The notes under the pieces are model-generated. The model was not told the DNA's origin. It did no database searches and saw nothing but the letters and a program-made list of their open reading frames with translations. From positions 18,724,001-18,788,000 of the forward strand of contig OZ059894.1 of NCBI GenBank assembly GCA_964057225.1: a stretch of 64,000 bases of DNA, given 5' to 3'. Both the position numbers and the translations under genes were made by a program. Below, one piece after another: positions 12,593-26,553 of this stretch. Origin of the DNA: Auanema rhodensis (Eukaryota; Animalia; Nematoda). Each line of letters starts with the position of its first letter. The first letter of the stretch is position 1.

Positions 12593-12800
12593 TTAGGGCC
12601 GGGGGGGGAAAAACTGCACTTGAACCTCCATGTACACTCAACATTGCTTCCAAAAACATTTTGACAAAAATTTTTTCGAAAAATTTCAAAATAATTTAGC
12701 AAAAAGTAGATGTTTTTAGATTCCTTTTTTCAAGGCAAAGACGATGGACAATGTTATTCAACGAAAAAAATAATTCTTCAGGGTGAAAATCGAGGATATA

Positions 12801-14211
12801 CAGTCCTGTGCGATGAAGGTTGCACACCCACTAGAATCCCCCCGTATCTTTTGAATCAAACTACAGAAAATTCGAAAAAAAATATTTTGGATGTTAAAAA
12901 CCACTACAGAATCAATAAAAAAATTTTAAAAATTAATTAAACAAGTTTATTAATATTTAGTTGGATATCCAAAATTATCAATCACTGCTTGAAGTCTTCT
13001 GGGCATCGATTCCACGAGTTTCTTCAGCAGATCCGGTGATATCTCCCTCCAGAGTGTACGGAGGACTCTGAACTTCTCATCCTTATTAGAACATGGGTAT
13101 TTTGAAGATTTTCGTCCAAGTTCTCTCCAAAGATGCTCGATGGGGTTGAGATCCGGAGACTGGCTGGGCCAATTTAGAACGTTCAGCCGGTTCTCTTCCA
13201 TGAACTTCGTTGTCGATCGAGCCGTGTGCTTGGGATCGTTATCTTGCTGCAGGATAAATCGATTCCTCGTTCCGAACTTGTTGATGGCGAACGGCATGAA
13301 GGCTTCTTGAAGAATGTGCTGGTAGTCTTCTGCACACATTCTGCCTTCTACGCGGAATAGTGGCCCAATTTCGGAGTAACAGAAACAACCCCAAACCATG
13401 ACGTTTCCGCCACCATGCTTGACCGTAGGTCGCATGTATTTGGGGTTGTACCGCTGATTGGGTGGCCTTCTGACGAATCCAGGTCCGTCATTTCCAAATA
13501 AGCAAAATTTGCTTTCATCAGTGAAAATGACGGAAGACCAATCTTCAGTGGTCCAGTTCAGATGCTCTTGTGCAAACTGAACACGCTTAAGCCTGTTGTT
13601 GACCGAAATCAACGGCTTTCGCACAGGAACACGGGCCCGTAAGTTTCTGGCTAACAGCCTTCTTCTTACATTGGAGGGATGAAGCATAATGTTAAACATA
13701 CGTTGAAGATGTTGGCTCAACTGCATGGATGTGATGTCTGGATGCTTCTGGACCAGCCTAACCAACAGATTGTCTTGATTGGTCGTGGTTTTTCTTTCTC
13801 GTCCTCTCATATCCACTTTGTATGGTTTCTGGGCATCTTTCCATATTCTTTGAATGGTACTGGAAGGCATCGACAGCATTTCGCCTATTTTTCGAACGCT
13901 TAAGCCCTTCTCCTTCATATTGATTATGATGGATCTTACTTCAGGAGAAGTTTTCTTGCCTCTAGCCATCTTAAATTTATAAATTTTAGTTTTTTATTAT
14001 GCAAAACAAGCAAAAATATGAATATTTTAAATATTAAACTTAAATTATTTTTAAAAAATTCAGTTTACATCATTTTAACTTCAATTTTAATCGATATGTT
14101 GATACTTCAGCCTGAAACCCAAATTAATTTTTTCGAATTTTTTTTTGTAGTTTGAGGTGGTTTTCTGGGGCCTCTAACATCGGGGTGTGCAACCTTCATC
14201 GCACAGGACTG
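12801..14211 (-). mobile_element. Tc1-family DNA transposon (complete, 1411 bp)
   Basis: Perfect 29-bp TIRs CAGTCCTGTGCGATGAAGGTTGCACACCC (12801-12829 and 14183-14211) with a TA TSD on both sides. An additional imperfect subterminal inverted segment CAAACTACA...AAATTCGAAAAAA is present. Confidence 0.97.
12950..13969 (-). CDS. Tc1 DD34E transposase, 339 aa, intact and intronless
   Basis: N-terminal paired-like HTH region with a GRERKTT linker, followed by FTDESKF, VKHGGGNVMVWGCF, QQDNDPKH and WPSQSPDLNPIEHLW. There are 34 residues between the second D and the E. Confidence 0.97.
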   Translation of the reverse strand: MARGKKTSPEVRSIIINMKEKGLSVRKIGEMLSMPSSTIQRIWKDAQKPYKVDMRGRERKTTTNQDNLLVRLVQKHPDITSMQLSQHLQRMFNIMLHPSNVRRRLLARNLRARVPVRKPLISVNNRLKRVQFAQEHLNWTTEDWSSVIFTDESKFCLFGNDGPGFVRRPPNQRYNPKYMRPTVKHGGGNVMVWGCFCYSEIGPLFRVEGRMCAEDYQHILQEAFMPFAINKFGTRNRFILQQDNDPKHTARSTTKFMEENRLNVLNWPSQSPDLNPIEHLWRELGRKSSKYPCSNKDEKFRVLRTLWREISPDLLKKLVESMPRRLQAVIDNFGYPTKY

Positions 14212-17200
14212 TATATGTGTGAACTTATATCAGTTGATATCTCGGTGCATTTTTAAGCTAGCGCAAATCTGATAACACAGATCGACGCAGCTTAAAAATC
14301 CGCATCGAATGCACTATACTACATTGAGAAACGCTTAATACAAAAATTAGTTATGATCGTTTGAAAAATGATGCATTAGTGTATGTTGAGTTTCCATGTA
14401 CACTCAACATTGCTTCCAAAAACATTTTGACAAAAATTTTTTCAAAAAATTTCAAAATAATTTAGCAAAAAGTAGATGTTTTTAGATTCCTTTTTTCAAG
14501 GCAAAGACGATGGACAATGTTATTCAACGAAAAAATTAATTCTTCAGGGTGAAAATCGAGGATATAAGTGTGAACTTATATCAGTTGATATCTCGGTGCA
14601 TTTTTAAGCTAGCGCAAATCTGATAACACAGATCGACGCAGCTTAAAAATCCGCATCGAATGCACTATACTACATTGAGAAACGCTTAATACAAAAATTA
14701 GTTATGATCGTTTGAAAAATGATGCATTAGTGTATGTTGAGTTTCCATGTACACTCAACATTGCTTCCAAAAACATTTTGACAAAAATTTTTTCGAAAAA
14801 TTTCAAAATAATTTAGCAAAAAGTAGATGTTTTTAGATTCCTTTTTTTCAAGGCAAAGACGATGGACAATGTTATTCAACGAAAAAAATAATTCTTCAGG
14901 GTGAAAATGGAGGATATAAGTGTGAACTTATATCAGTTGATATCTCGGTGCATTTTTAAGCTAGCGCAAATCTGATAACACAGATCGACGCAGCTTAAAA
15001 ATCCGCATCGAATGCACTATACTACATTGAGAAACGCTTAATACAAAAATTAGTTATGATCGTTTGAAAAATGATGCATTAGTGTATGTTGACTTTCCAT
15101 GTACACTCAACATTGCTTCCAAAAACATTTTGACAAAAATTTTTTCAAAAAATTTCAAAATAATTTAGCAAAAAGTAGATGTTTTTAGATTCCTTTTTTC
15201 AAGGCAAAGACGATGGACAATGTTATTCAACGAAAAAATTAATTCTTCAGTTTGAAAATCGAGGATATAAGTGTGAACTTATATCAGTTGATATCTCGGT
15301 GCATTTTTAAGCTAGCGCAAATCTGATAACACAGATCGACGCAGCTTAAAAATCCGCATCGAATGCACTATACTACATTGAGAAACGCTTAATACAAAAA
15401 TTAGTTATGATCGTTTGAAAAATGATGCATTAGTGTATGTTGAGTTTCCATGTACACTCAACATTGCTTCCAAAAACATTTTGACAAAAATTTTTTCGAA
15501 AAATTTCAAAATAATTTAGCAAAAAGTAGATGTTTTTAGATTCCTTTTTTCAAGGCAAAGACGATGGACAATGTTATTCAACGAAAAAAATAATTCTTCA
15601 GGGTGAAAATCGAGGATATAAGTGTGAACTTATATCAGTTGATATCTCGGTGCATTTTTAAGCTAGCGCAAATCTGATAACACAGATCGACGCAGCTTAA
15701 AAATCCGCATCGAATGCACTATACTACATTGAGAAACGCTTAATACAAAAATTAGTTATGATCGTTTGAAAAATGATGCATTAGTGTATGTTGAGTTTCC
15801 ATGTACACTCAACATTGCTTCCAAAAACATTTTGACAAAAACTTTTTCGAAAAATTTCAAAATAATTTAGCAAAAAGTAGATGTTTTTAGATTCCTTTTT
15901 TCAAGGCAAAGACGATGGACAATGTTATTCAACGAAAAAATTAATTCTTCAGGGTGAAAATCGAGGATATAAGTGTGAACTTATATCAGTTGATATCTCG
16001 GTGCATTTTTAAGCTAGCGCAAATCTGATATCACAGATCGACGCAGCTTAAAAATCCGCATCGAATGCACTATACTACATTGAGAAACGCTTAATACAAA
16101 AATTAGTTATGATCGTTTGAAAAATGATGCATTAGTGTATGTTGAGTTTCCATGTACACTCAACATTGCTTCCAAAAACATTTTGACAAAAATTTTTTCG
16201 AAAAATTTCAAAATAATTTAGCAAAAAGTAGATGTTTTTAGATTCCTTTTTTCAAGGCAAAGACGATGGACAATGTTATTCAACGAAAAATTTAATTCTT
16301 CAGGGTGAAAATTGAGGATATAAGTGTGAACTTATATCAGTTGATATCTCGGTGCATTTTTAAGCTAGCGCAAATCTGTTAACACAGATCAACGCAGCTT
16401 AAAAATCCGCATCGAATGCACTATACTACATTGAGAAACGCTTAATACAAAAATTAGTTATGATCGTTTGAAAAATGATGCATTAGTGTATGTTGAGTTT
16501 CCATGTACACTCAACATTGCTTCCAAAAACGTTTTGACAAAAATTTTTTCGAAAAATTTCAAAATAATTTAGCAAAAAGTAGATGTTTTTAGATTCCTTT
16601 TTTCAAGGCAAAGACGATGGACAATGTTATTCAACGAAAAAAATAATTCTTCAGGGTGAAAATCGAGGATATAAGTGTGAACTTATATCAGTTGATATCT
16701 CGGTGCATTTTTAAGCTAGCGCAAATCTGATAACACAGATCGACGCAGCTTAAAAATCCGCATCGAATGCACTATACTACATTGAGAAACGCTTAATACA
16801 AAAATTAGTTATGATCGTTTGAAAAATGATGCATTAGTGTATGTTGAGTTTCCATGTACACTCAACATTGCTTCCAAAAACATTTTGACAAAAATTTTTT
16901 CGAAAAATTTCAAAATAATTTAGCAAAAAGTAGATGTTTTTAGATTCCTTTTTTCAAGGCAAAGACGATGGACAATGTTATTCAACGAAAAAAATAATTC
17001 TTCAGGGTGAAAATCGAGGATATAAGTGTGAACTTATATCAGTTGATATCTCGGTGCATTTTTAAGCTAGCGCAAATCTGATAACACAGATCGACGCAGC
17101 TTAAAAATCCGCATCGAATGCACTATACTACATTGAGAAACGCTTAATACAAAAATTAGTTATGATCGTTTGAAAAATGATGCATTAGTGTATGTTGAGT

Positions 17201-20200
17201 TTCCATGTACACTGAACATTGCTTCCAAAAACATTTTGACAAAAATTTTTTCAAAAAATTTCAAAATAATTTAGCAAAAAGTAGATGTTTTTAGATTCCT
17301 TTTTTCAAGGCAAAGACGATGGACAATGTTATTCAACGAAAAAATTAATTCTTCAGGGTGAAAATCGAGGATATAAGTGTGAACTTATATCAGTTGATAT
17401 CTCGGTGCATTTTTAAGCTAGCGCAAATCTGATAACACAGATCGACGCAGCTTAAAAATCCGCATCGAATGCACTATACTACATTGAGAAACGCTTAATA
17501 CAAAAATTAGTTATGATCGTTTGAAAAATGATGCATTAGTGTATGTTGAGTTTCCATGTACACTGAACATTGCTTCCAAAAACATTTTGACAAAAATTTT
17601 TTCAAAAAATTTCAAAATAATTTAGCAAAAAGTAGATGTTTTTAGATTCCTTTTTTCAAGGCAAAGACGATGGACAATGTTATTCAACGAAAAAATTAAT
17701 TCTTCAGGGTGAAAATCGAGGATATAAGTGTGAACTTATATCAGTTGATATCTCGGTGCATTTTTAAGCTAGCGCAAATCTGATAACACAGATCGACGCA
17801 GCTTAAAAATCCGCATCGAATGCACTATACTACATTGAGAAACGCTTAATACAAAAATTAGTTATGATCGTTTGAAAAATGATGCATTAGTGTATGTTGA
17901 GTTTCCATGTACACTCAACATTGCTTCCAAAAACATTTTGACAAAAATTTTTTCGAAAAATTTCAAAATAATTTAGCAAAAAGTAGATGTTTTTAGATTC
18001 CTTTTTTCAAGGCAAAGACGATGGACAATGTTATTCAACGAAAAAAATAATTCTTCAGGGTGAAAATCGAGGATATAAGTGTGAACTTATATCAGTTGAT
18101 ATCTCGGTGCATTTTTAAGCTAGCGCAAATCTGATAACACAGATCGACGCAGCTTAAAAATCCGCATCGAATGCACTATACTACATTGAGAAACGCTTAA
18201 TACAAAAATTAGTTATGATCGTTTGAAAAATGATGCATTAGTGTATGTTGAGTTTCCATGTACACTCAACATTGCTTCCAAAAACATTTTGACAAAAATT
18301 TTTTCAAAAAATTTCAAAATAATTTAGCAAAAAGTAGATGTTTTTAGATTCCTTTTTTCAAGGCAAAGACGATGGACAATGTTATTCAACGAAAAAAATA
18401 ATTCTTCAGGGTGAAAATCGAGGATATATATGTGTGAACTTATATCAGTTGATATCTCGGTGCATTTTTAAGCTAGCGCAAATCTGATAACACAGATCGA
18501 CGCAGCTTAAAAATCCGCATCGAATGCACTATACTACATTGAGAAACGCTTAATACAAAAATTAGTTATGATCGTTTGAAAAATGATGCATTAGTGTATG
18601 TTGAGTTTCCATGTACACTGAACATTGCTTCCAAAAACATTTTGACAAAAATTTTTTCAAAAAATTTCAAAATAATTTAGCAAAAAGTAGATGTTTTTAG
18701 ATTCCTTTTTTCAAGGCAAAGACGATGGACAATGTTATTCAACGAAAAAATTAATTCTTCAGGGTGAAAATCGAGGATATAAGTGTGAACTTATATCAGT
18801 TGATATCTCGGTGCATTTTTAAGCTAGCGCAAATCTGATAACACAGATCGACGCAGCTTAAAAATCCGCATCGAATGCACTATACTACATTGAGAAACGC
18901 TTAATACAAAAATTAGTTATGATCGTTTGAAAAATGATGCATTAGTGTATGTTGAGTTTCCATGTACACTCAACATTGCTTCCAAAAACATTTTGACAAA
19001 AATTTTTTCGAAAAATTTCAAAATAATTTAGCAAAAAGTAGATGTTTTTAGATTCCTTTTTTCAAGGCAAAGACGATGGACAATGTTATTCAACGAAAAA
19101 AATAATTCTTCAGGGTGAAAATCGAGGATATAAGTGTGAACTTATATCAGTTGATATCTCGGTGCATTTTTAAGCTAGCGCAAATCTGATAACACAGATC
19201 GACGCAGCTTAAAAATCCGCATCGAATGCACTATACTACATTGAGAAACGCTTAATACAAAAATTAGTTATGATCGTTTGAAAAATGATGCATTAGTGTA
19301 TGTTGAGTTTCCATGTACACTCAACATTGCTTCCAAAAACATTTTGACAAAAATTTTTTCGAAAAATTTCAAAATAATTTAGCAAAAAGTAGATGTTTTT
19401 AGATTCCTTTTTTCAAGGCAAAGACGATGGACAATGTTATTCAACGAAAAAATTAATTCTTCAGGGTGAAAATCGAGGATATAAGTGTGAACTTATATCA
19501 GTTGATATCTCGGTGCATTTTTAAGCTAGCGCAAATCTGATAACACAGATCGACGCAGCTTAAAAATCCGCATCGAATGCACTATACTACATTGAGAAAC
19601 GCTTAATACAAAAATTAGTTATGATCGTTTGAAAAATGATGCATTAGTGTATGTTGAGTTTCCATGTACACTCAACATTGCTTCCAAAAACATTTTGACA
19701 AAAATTTTTTCGAAAAATTTCAAAATAATTTAGCAAAAAGTAGATGTTTTTAGATTCCTTTTTTCAAGGCAAAGACGATGGACAATGTTATTCAACGAAA
19801 AAAATAATTCTTCAGGGTGAAAATCGAGGATATAAGTGTGAACTTATATCAGTTGATATCTCGGTGCATTTTTAAGCTAGCGCAAATCTGATAACACAGA
19901 TCGACGCAGCTTAAAAATCCGCATCGAATGCACTATACTACATTGAGAAACGCTTAATACAAAAATTAGTTATGATCGTTTGAAAAATGATGCATTAGTG
20001 TATGTTGAGTTTCCATGTACACTCAACATTGCTTCCAAAAACATTTTGACAAAAATTTTTTCGAAAAATTTCAAAATAATTTAGCAAAAAGTAGATGTTT
20101 TTAGATTCCTTTTTTCAAGGCAAAGACGATGGACAATGTTATTCAACGAAAAAATTAATTCTTCAGGGTGAAAATCGAGGATATAAGTGTGAACTTATAT

Positions 20201-23200
20201 CAGTTGATATCTCGGTGCATTTTTAAGCTAGCGCAAATCTGATAACACAGATCGACGCAGCTTAAAAATCCGCATCGAATGCACTATACTACATTGAGAA
20301 ACGCTTAATACAAAAATTAGTTATGATCGTTTGAAAAATGATGCATTAGTGTATGTTGAGTTTCCATGTACACTCAACATTGCTTCCAAAAACATTTTGA
20401 CAAAAATTTTTTCGAAAAATTTCAAAATAATTTAGCAAAAAGTAGATGTTTTTAGATTCCTTTTTTCAAGGCAAAGACGATGGACAATGTTATTCAACGA
20501 AAAAATTAATTCTTCAGGGTGAAAATCGAGGATATAAGTGTGAACTTATATCAGTTGATATCTCGGTGCATTTTTAAGCTAGCGCAAATCTGATAACACA
20601 GATCGACGCAGCTTAAAAATCCGCATCGAATGCACTATACTACATTGAGAAACGCTTAATACAAAAATTAGTTATGATCGTTTGAAAAATGATGCATTAG
20701 TGTATGTTGAGTTTCCATGTACACTCAACATTGCTTCCAAAAACATTTTGACAAAAATTTTTTCGAAAAATTTCAAAATAATTTAGCAAAAAGTAGATGT
20801 TTTTAGATTCCTTTTTTCAAGGCAAAGACGATGGACAATGTTATTCAACGAAAAAAATAATTCTTCAGGGTGAAAATCGAGGATATAAGTGTGAACTTAT
20901 ATCAGTTGATATCTCGGTGCATTTTTAAGCTAGCGCAAATCTGATAACACAGATCGACGCAGCTTAAAAATCCGCATCGAATGCACTATACTACATTGAG
21001 AAACGCTTAATACAAAAATTAGTTATGATCGTTTGAAAAATGATGCATTAGTGTATGTTGAGTTTCCATGTACACTCAACATTGCTTCCAAAAACATTTT
21101 GACAAAAATTTTTTCAAAAAATTTCAAAATAATTTAGCAAAAAGTAGATGTTTTTAGATTCCTTTTTTCAAGGCAAAGACGATGGACAATGTTATTCAAC
21201 GAAAAAAATAATTCTTCCGGGTGAAAATCGAGGATATATATGTGTGAACTTATATCAGTTGATATCTCGGTGCATTTTTAAGCTAGCGCAAATCTGATAA
21301 CACAGATCGACGCAGCTTAAAAATCCGCATCGAATGCACTATACTACATTGAGAAACGCTTAATACAAAAATTAGTTATGATCGTTTGAAAAATGATGCA
21401 TTAGTGTATGTTGAGTTTCCATGTACACTCAACATTGCTTCCAAAAACATTTTGACAAAAATTTTTTCGAAAAATTTCAAAATAATTTAGCAAAAAGTAG
21501 ATGTTTTTAGATTCCTTTTTTCAAGGCAAAGACGATGGACAATGTTATTCAACGAAAAAATTAATTCTTCAGGGTGAAAATCGAGGATATAAGTGTGAAC
21601 TTATATCAGTTGATATCTCGGTGCATTTTTAAGCTAGCGCAAATCTGATAACACAGATCGACGCAGCTTAAAAATCCGCATCGAATGCACTATACTACAT
21701 TGAGAAACGCTTAATACAAAAATTAGTTATGATCGTTTGAAAAATGATGCATTAGTGTATGTTGAGTTTCCATGTACACTCAACATTGCTTCCAAAAACA
21801 TTTTGACAAAAATTTTTTCGAAAAATTTCAAAATAATTTAGCAAAAAGTAGATGTTTTTAGATTCCTTTTTTCAAGGCAAAGACGATGGACAATGTTATT
21901 CAACGAAAAAATTAATTCTTCAGGGTGAAAATCGAGGATATAAGTGTGAACTTATATCAGTTGATATCTCGGTGCATTTTTAAGCTAGCGCAAATCTGAT
22001 AACACAGATCGACGCAGCTTAAAAATCCGCATCGAATGCACTATACTACATTGAGAAACGCTTAATACAAAAATTAGTTATGATCGTTTGAAAAATGATG
22101 CATTAGTGTATGTTGAGTTTCCATGTACACTCAACATTGCTTCCAAAAACATTTTGACAAAAATTTTTTCGAAAAATTTCAAAATAATTTAGCAAAAAGT
22201 AGATGTTTTTAGATTCCTTTTTTCAAGGCAAAGACGATGGACAATGTTATTCAACGAAAAAAATAATTCTTCAGGGTGAAAATCGAGGATATAAGTGTGA
22301 ACTTATATCAGTTGATATCTCGGTGCATTTTTAAGCTAGCGCAAATCTGATAACACAGATCGACGCAGCTTAAAAATCCGCATCGAATGCACTATACTAC
22401 ATTGAGAAACGCTTAATACAAAAATTAGTTATGATCGTTTGAAAAATGATGCATTAGTGTATGTTGAGTTTCCATGTACACTCAACATTGCTTCCAAAAA
22501 CATTTTGACAAAAATTTTTTCGAAAAATTTCAAAATAATTTAGCAAAAAGTAGATGTTTTTAGATTCCTTTCTTTAAGGCAAAGACGATGGACAATGTTT
22601 TTCAACGAAAAAATTAATTCTTCGGGGTGAAAATCGAGGATATAAGTGTGAACTTATATCAGTTGATATCTCGGTGCATTTTTAAGCTAGCGCAAATCTG
22701 ATAACACAGATCGACGCAGCTTAAAAATCCGCATCGAATGCACTATACTACATTGAGAAACGCTTAATACAAAAATTAGTTATGATCGTTTGAAAAATGA
22801 TGCATTAGTGTATGTTGAGTTTCCATGTACACTCAACATTGCTTCCAAAAACATTTTGACAAAAATTTTTTCAAAAAATTTCAAAATAATTTAGCAAAAA
22901 GTAGATGTTTTTAGATTCCTTTTTTCAAGGCAAAGACGATGGACAATGTTATTCAACGAAAAAAATAATTCTTCAGGGTGAAAATCGAGGATATATATGT
23001 GTGAACTTATATCAGTTGATATCTCGGTGCATTTTTAAGCTAGCGCAAATCTGATAACACAGATCGACGCAGCTTAAAAATCCGCATCGAATGCACTATA
23101 CTACATTGAGAAACGCTTAATACAAAAATTAGTTATGATCGTTTGAAAAATGATGCATTAGTGTATGTTGAGTTTCCATGTACACTCAACATTGCTTCCA

Positions 23201-25288
23201 AAAACATTTTGACAAAAATTTTTTCGAAAAATTTCAAAATAATTTAGCAAAAAGTAGATGTTTTTAGATTCCTTTTTTCAAGGCAAAGACGATGGACAAT
23301 GTTATTCAACGAAAAAATTAATTCTTCAGGGTGAAAATCGAGGATATAAGTGTGAACTTATATCAGTTGATATCTCGGTGCATTTTTAAGCTAGCGCAAA
23401 TCTGATAACACAGATCGACGCAGCTTAAAAATCCGCATCGAATGCACTATACTACATTGAGAAACGCTTAATACAAAAATTAGTTATGATCGTTTGAAAA
23501 ATGATGCATTAGTGTATGTTGAGTTTCCATGTACACTCAACATTGCTTCCAAAAACATTTTGACAAAAATTTTTTCGAAAAATTTCAAGATAATTTAGCA
23601 AAAAGTAGATGTTTTTAGATTCCTTTTTTCAAGGCAAAGACGATGGACAATGTTATTCAACGAAAAAATTAATTCTTCAGGGTGAAAATCGAGGATATAA
23701 GTGTGAACTTATATCAGTTGATATCTCGGTGCATTTTTAAGCTAGCGCAAATCTGATAACACAGATCGACGCAGCTTAAAAATCCGCATCGAATGCACTA
23801 TACTACATTGAGAAACGCTTAATACAAAAATTAGTTATGATCGTTTGAAAAATGATGCATTAGTGTATGTTGAGTTTCCATGTACACTCAACATTGCTTC
23901 CAAAAACATTTTGACAAAAATTTTTTCGAAAAATTTCAAAATAATTTAGCAAAAAGTAGATGTTTTTAGATTCCTTTTTTCAAGGCAAAGACGATGGACA
24001 ATGTTATTCAACGAAAAAAATAATTCTTCAGGGTGAAAATCGAGGATATAAGTGTGAACTTATATCAGTTGATATCTCGGTGCATTTTTAAGCTAGCGCA
24101 AATCTGATAACACAGATCGACGCAGCTTAAAAATCCGCATCGAATGCACTATACTACATTGAGAAACGCTTAATACAAAAATTAGTTATGATCGTTTGAA
24201 AAATGATGCATTAGTGTATGTTGAGTTTCCATGTACACTCAACATTGCTTCCAAAAACATTTTGACAAAAATTTTTTCGAAAAATTTCAAAATAATTTAG
24301 CAAAAAGTAGATGTTTTTAGATTCCTTTTTTCAAGGCAAAGACGATGGACAATGTTATTCAACGAAAAAAATAATTCTTCAGGGTGAAAATCGAGGATAT
24401 AAGTGTGAACTTATATCAGTTGATATCTCGGTGCATTTTTAAGCTAGCGCAAATCTGATAACACAGATCGACGCAGCTTAAAAATCCGCATCGAATGCAC
24501 TATACTACATTGAGAAACGCTTAATACAAAAATTAGTTATGATCGTTTGAAAAATGATGCATTAGTGTATGTTGAGTTTCCATGTACACTCAACATTGCT
24601 TCCAAAAACATTTTGACAAAAATTTTTTCGAAAAATTTCAAAATAATTTAGCAAAAAGTAGATGTTTTTAGATTCCTTTTTTCAAGGCAAAGACGATGGA
24701 CAATGTTATTCAACGAAAAAATTAATTCTTCAGGGTGAAAATCGAGGATATAAGTGTGAACTTATATCAGTTGATATCTCGGTGCATTTTTAAGCTAGCG
24801 CAAATCTGATAACACAGATCGACGCAGCTTAAAAATCCGCATCGAATGCACTATACTACATTGAGAAACGCTTAATACAAAAATTAGTTATGATCGTTTG
24901 AAAAATGATGCATTAGTGTATGTTGAGTTTCCATGTACACTCAACATTGCTTCCAAAAACATTTTGACAAAAATTTTTTCGAAAAATTTCAAAATAATTT
25001 AGCAAAAAGTAGATGTTTTTAGATTCCTTTTTTCAAGGCAAAGACGATGGACAATGTTATTCAACGAAAAAATTAATTCTTCAGGGTGAAAATCGAGGAT
25101 ATAAGTGTGAACTTATATCAGTTGATATATCGGTGCATTTTTAAGCTAGCGCAAATCTGATAACACAGATCGACGCAGCTTAAAAATCCGCATCGAATGC
25201 ACTATACTACATTGAGAAACGCTTAATACAAAAATTAGTTATGATCGTTTGAAAAATGATGCATTAGTGTATGTTGAGTTTCCATGTA

Positions 25289-26553
25289 GGCTCTAGTGCA
25301 GTATTTCCCCCCCCCGCCTAAGCCCCGCCCCTTTTGCCAAACGGTGCATACTTTTTGTCAACCTGTATAATTTTAAACCGGCGGGAGACATACCTTTCAG
25401 AACGGGGGGTTTGGGGGGTTTACCCCCCATTCTCGGTGTTTAGTTTTGATTTACTTTTGATTAAATTTAATTATAATATTTTTATTATTCACGGTTATTA
25501 ATATCATTCATAAAATCATTAATATCACATAACATATTTTCAAAAAGGTCTGAATTTATGTGTCTACGGCGCCACATAAATTCACACAAATAACCATCTA
25601 ACATGTGAGTCTGTACCCCCCATAAACGCTTAAATTTGGCTTTCGCAATGTTCCAAACTCCCTCTATAGTATTAGTATGAGCTGCGGTTTCGGGGTCAAC
25701 AAAATTATATGTATGGTTAACCGTCAGATGGGTGTATTGCTTGTTTAAAGATTCTAACCCCCCATAAGCGCGCCAGCAGTCTGATATTATAGTACTTCCA
25801 GGATTTATTGAGAACTCAATACATTCCTGGAGAGTAGCTCTACTTCTATCAGGCACTGCATACAAAAAACATTCCTTTGTCTCACGACATATCCCCCCAA
25901 ACACCCATTGCTCTGGCTTAACCCTACCAACATTATATTTACGCTTAGATACAAGGGTCTCATCTATCTCTACAGTCATATTAGGGCCCCCTATTTTAAC
26001 TGGATTTTTTAAAAGGGAGTGGGCACAGACCTCACGTAAAAAATTATTATAGTCTACTACAGTATGATTGGATCCTATTCCCAGCTCATCTTTGCAAAAT
26101 TGAACTGTAGTATACTCCTTTGTCCAACAGTAGATGAAGAGTATGAAGTTAGCATACGATAAGTGAGAACCTATTTAATTTTAATTATTTACATCTTAAA
26201 TGTGAAGCTATACCTTCTAAAAATGTTCTTTTTTTTAATTGCTGTTCTTTCCTACAGCTTTTTTTGGGGCATCTCCACCGTTCACGCTCTATTGAGAGCT
26301 TCATTTCAGATTGGCAGAGGCTACAGATCATAGCATCTGGTAACAACCCCTTTTCTTGCAAAAATCGAATTGCATTTTCTTTAGTTGCAACTTTATCTCT
26401 TAGAGCGAACATGCTGTCAGATTGACTTCGAGATATCGATTGTTTTTTATTTGATATTTATTATAATTTTTTTAATTTTTAAGCAACTGTGTGCTTTTCG
26501 GCAAAAGGGGCGGGGCTTAGGGCCGGGGGGGGGGGGAAAACTGCACTTGAACC
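25289..26553 (-). mobile_element. Merlin copy 2 (complete, 1265 bp)
   Basis: Same TIRs and TCCATGTA TSD on both sides. It has a left-TIR SNP (GCAGTATTT), and the right TIR has a G12-A4 run. Confidence 0.96.
25485..26412 (-). CDS. Merlin transposase, 294 aa (intron 26171-26213)
   Basis: Same exon/intron structure as copy 1. Confidence 0.92.

Larger units (their letters stand above)
11364..12626 (-). mobile_element. Merlin-superfamily DNA transposon, copy 1 (complete, 1263 bp)
   Basis: Imperfect ~50-bp TIRs beginning GG (GGCTCTAGTGCAGTTTTTC... and GGTTCAAGTGCAGTTTTTC...). The 8-bp TSD TCCATGTA is at 11356-11363 and 12627-12634. It encodes an IS1595/ISXO2-like DDE transposase. GG termini and 8-9 bp TSDs are Merlin hallmarks. 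Confidence 0.96.

Noticed and set aside
11364-12626. Bacterial IS1595-family element or contamination
   Set aside because: The spliceosomal GT-AG intron, the satellite context and the neighbouring Tc1 indicate a eukaryotic Merlin.
12461-12664. Plus-strand ORFs MQLYLLERTCC... (and copies), minus-strand MGGKPPKPP... ORFs, and ORFs 12710-12940, 13679-13903, 26447-26629
   Set aside because: They are antisense to transposases or run across TIR/satellite junctions. Their ends shift with homopolymer length and they have no recognisable domain.
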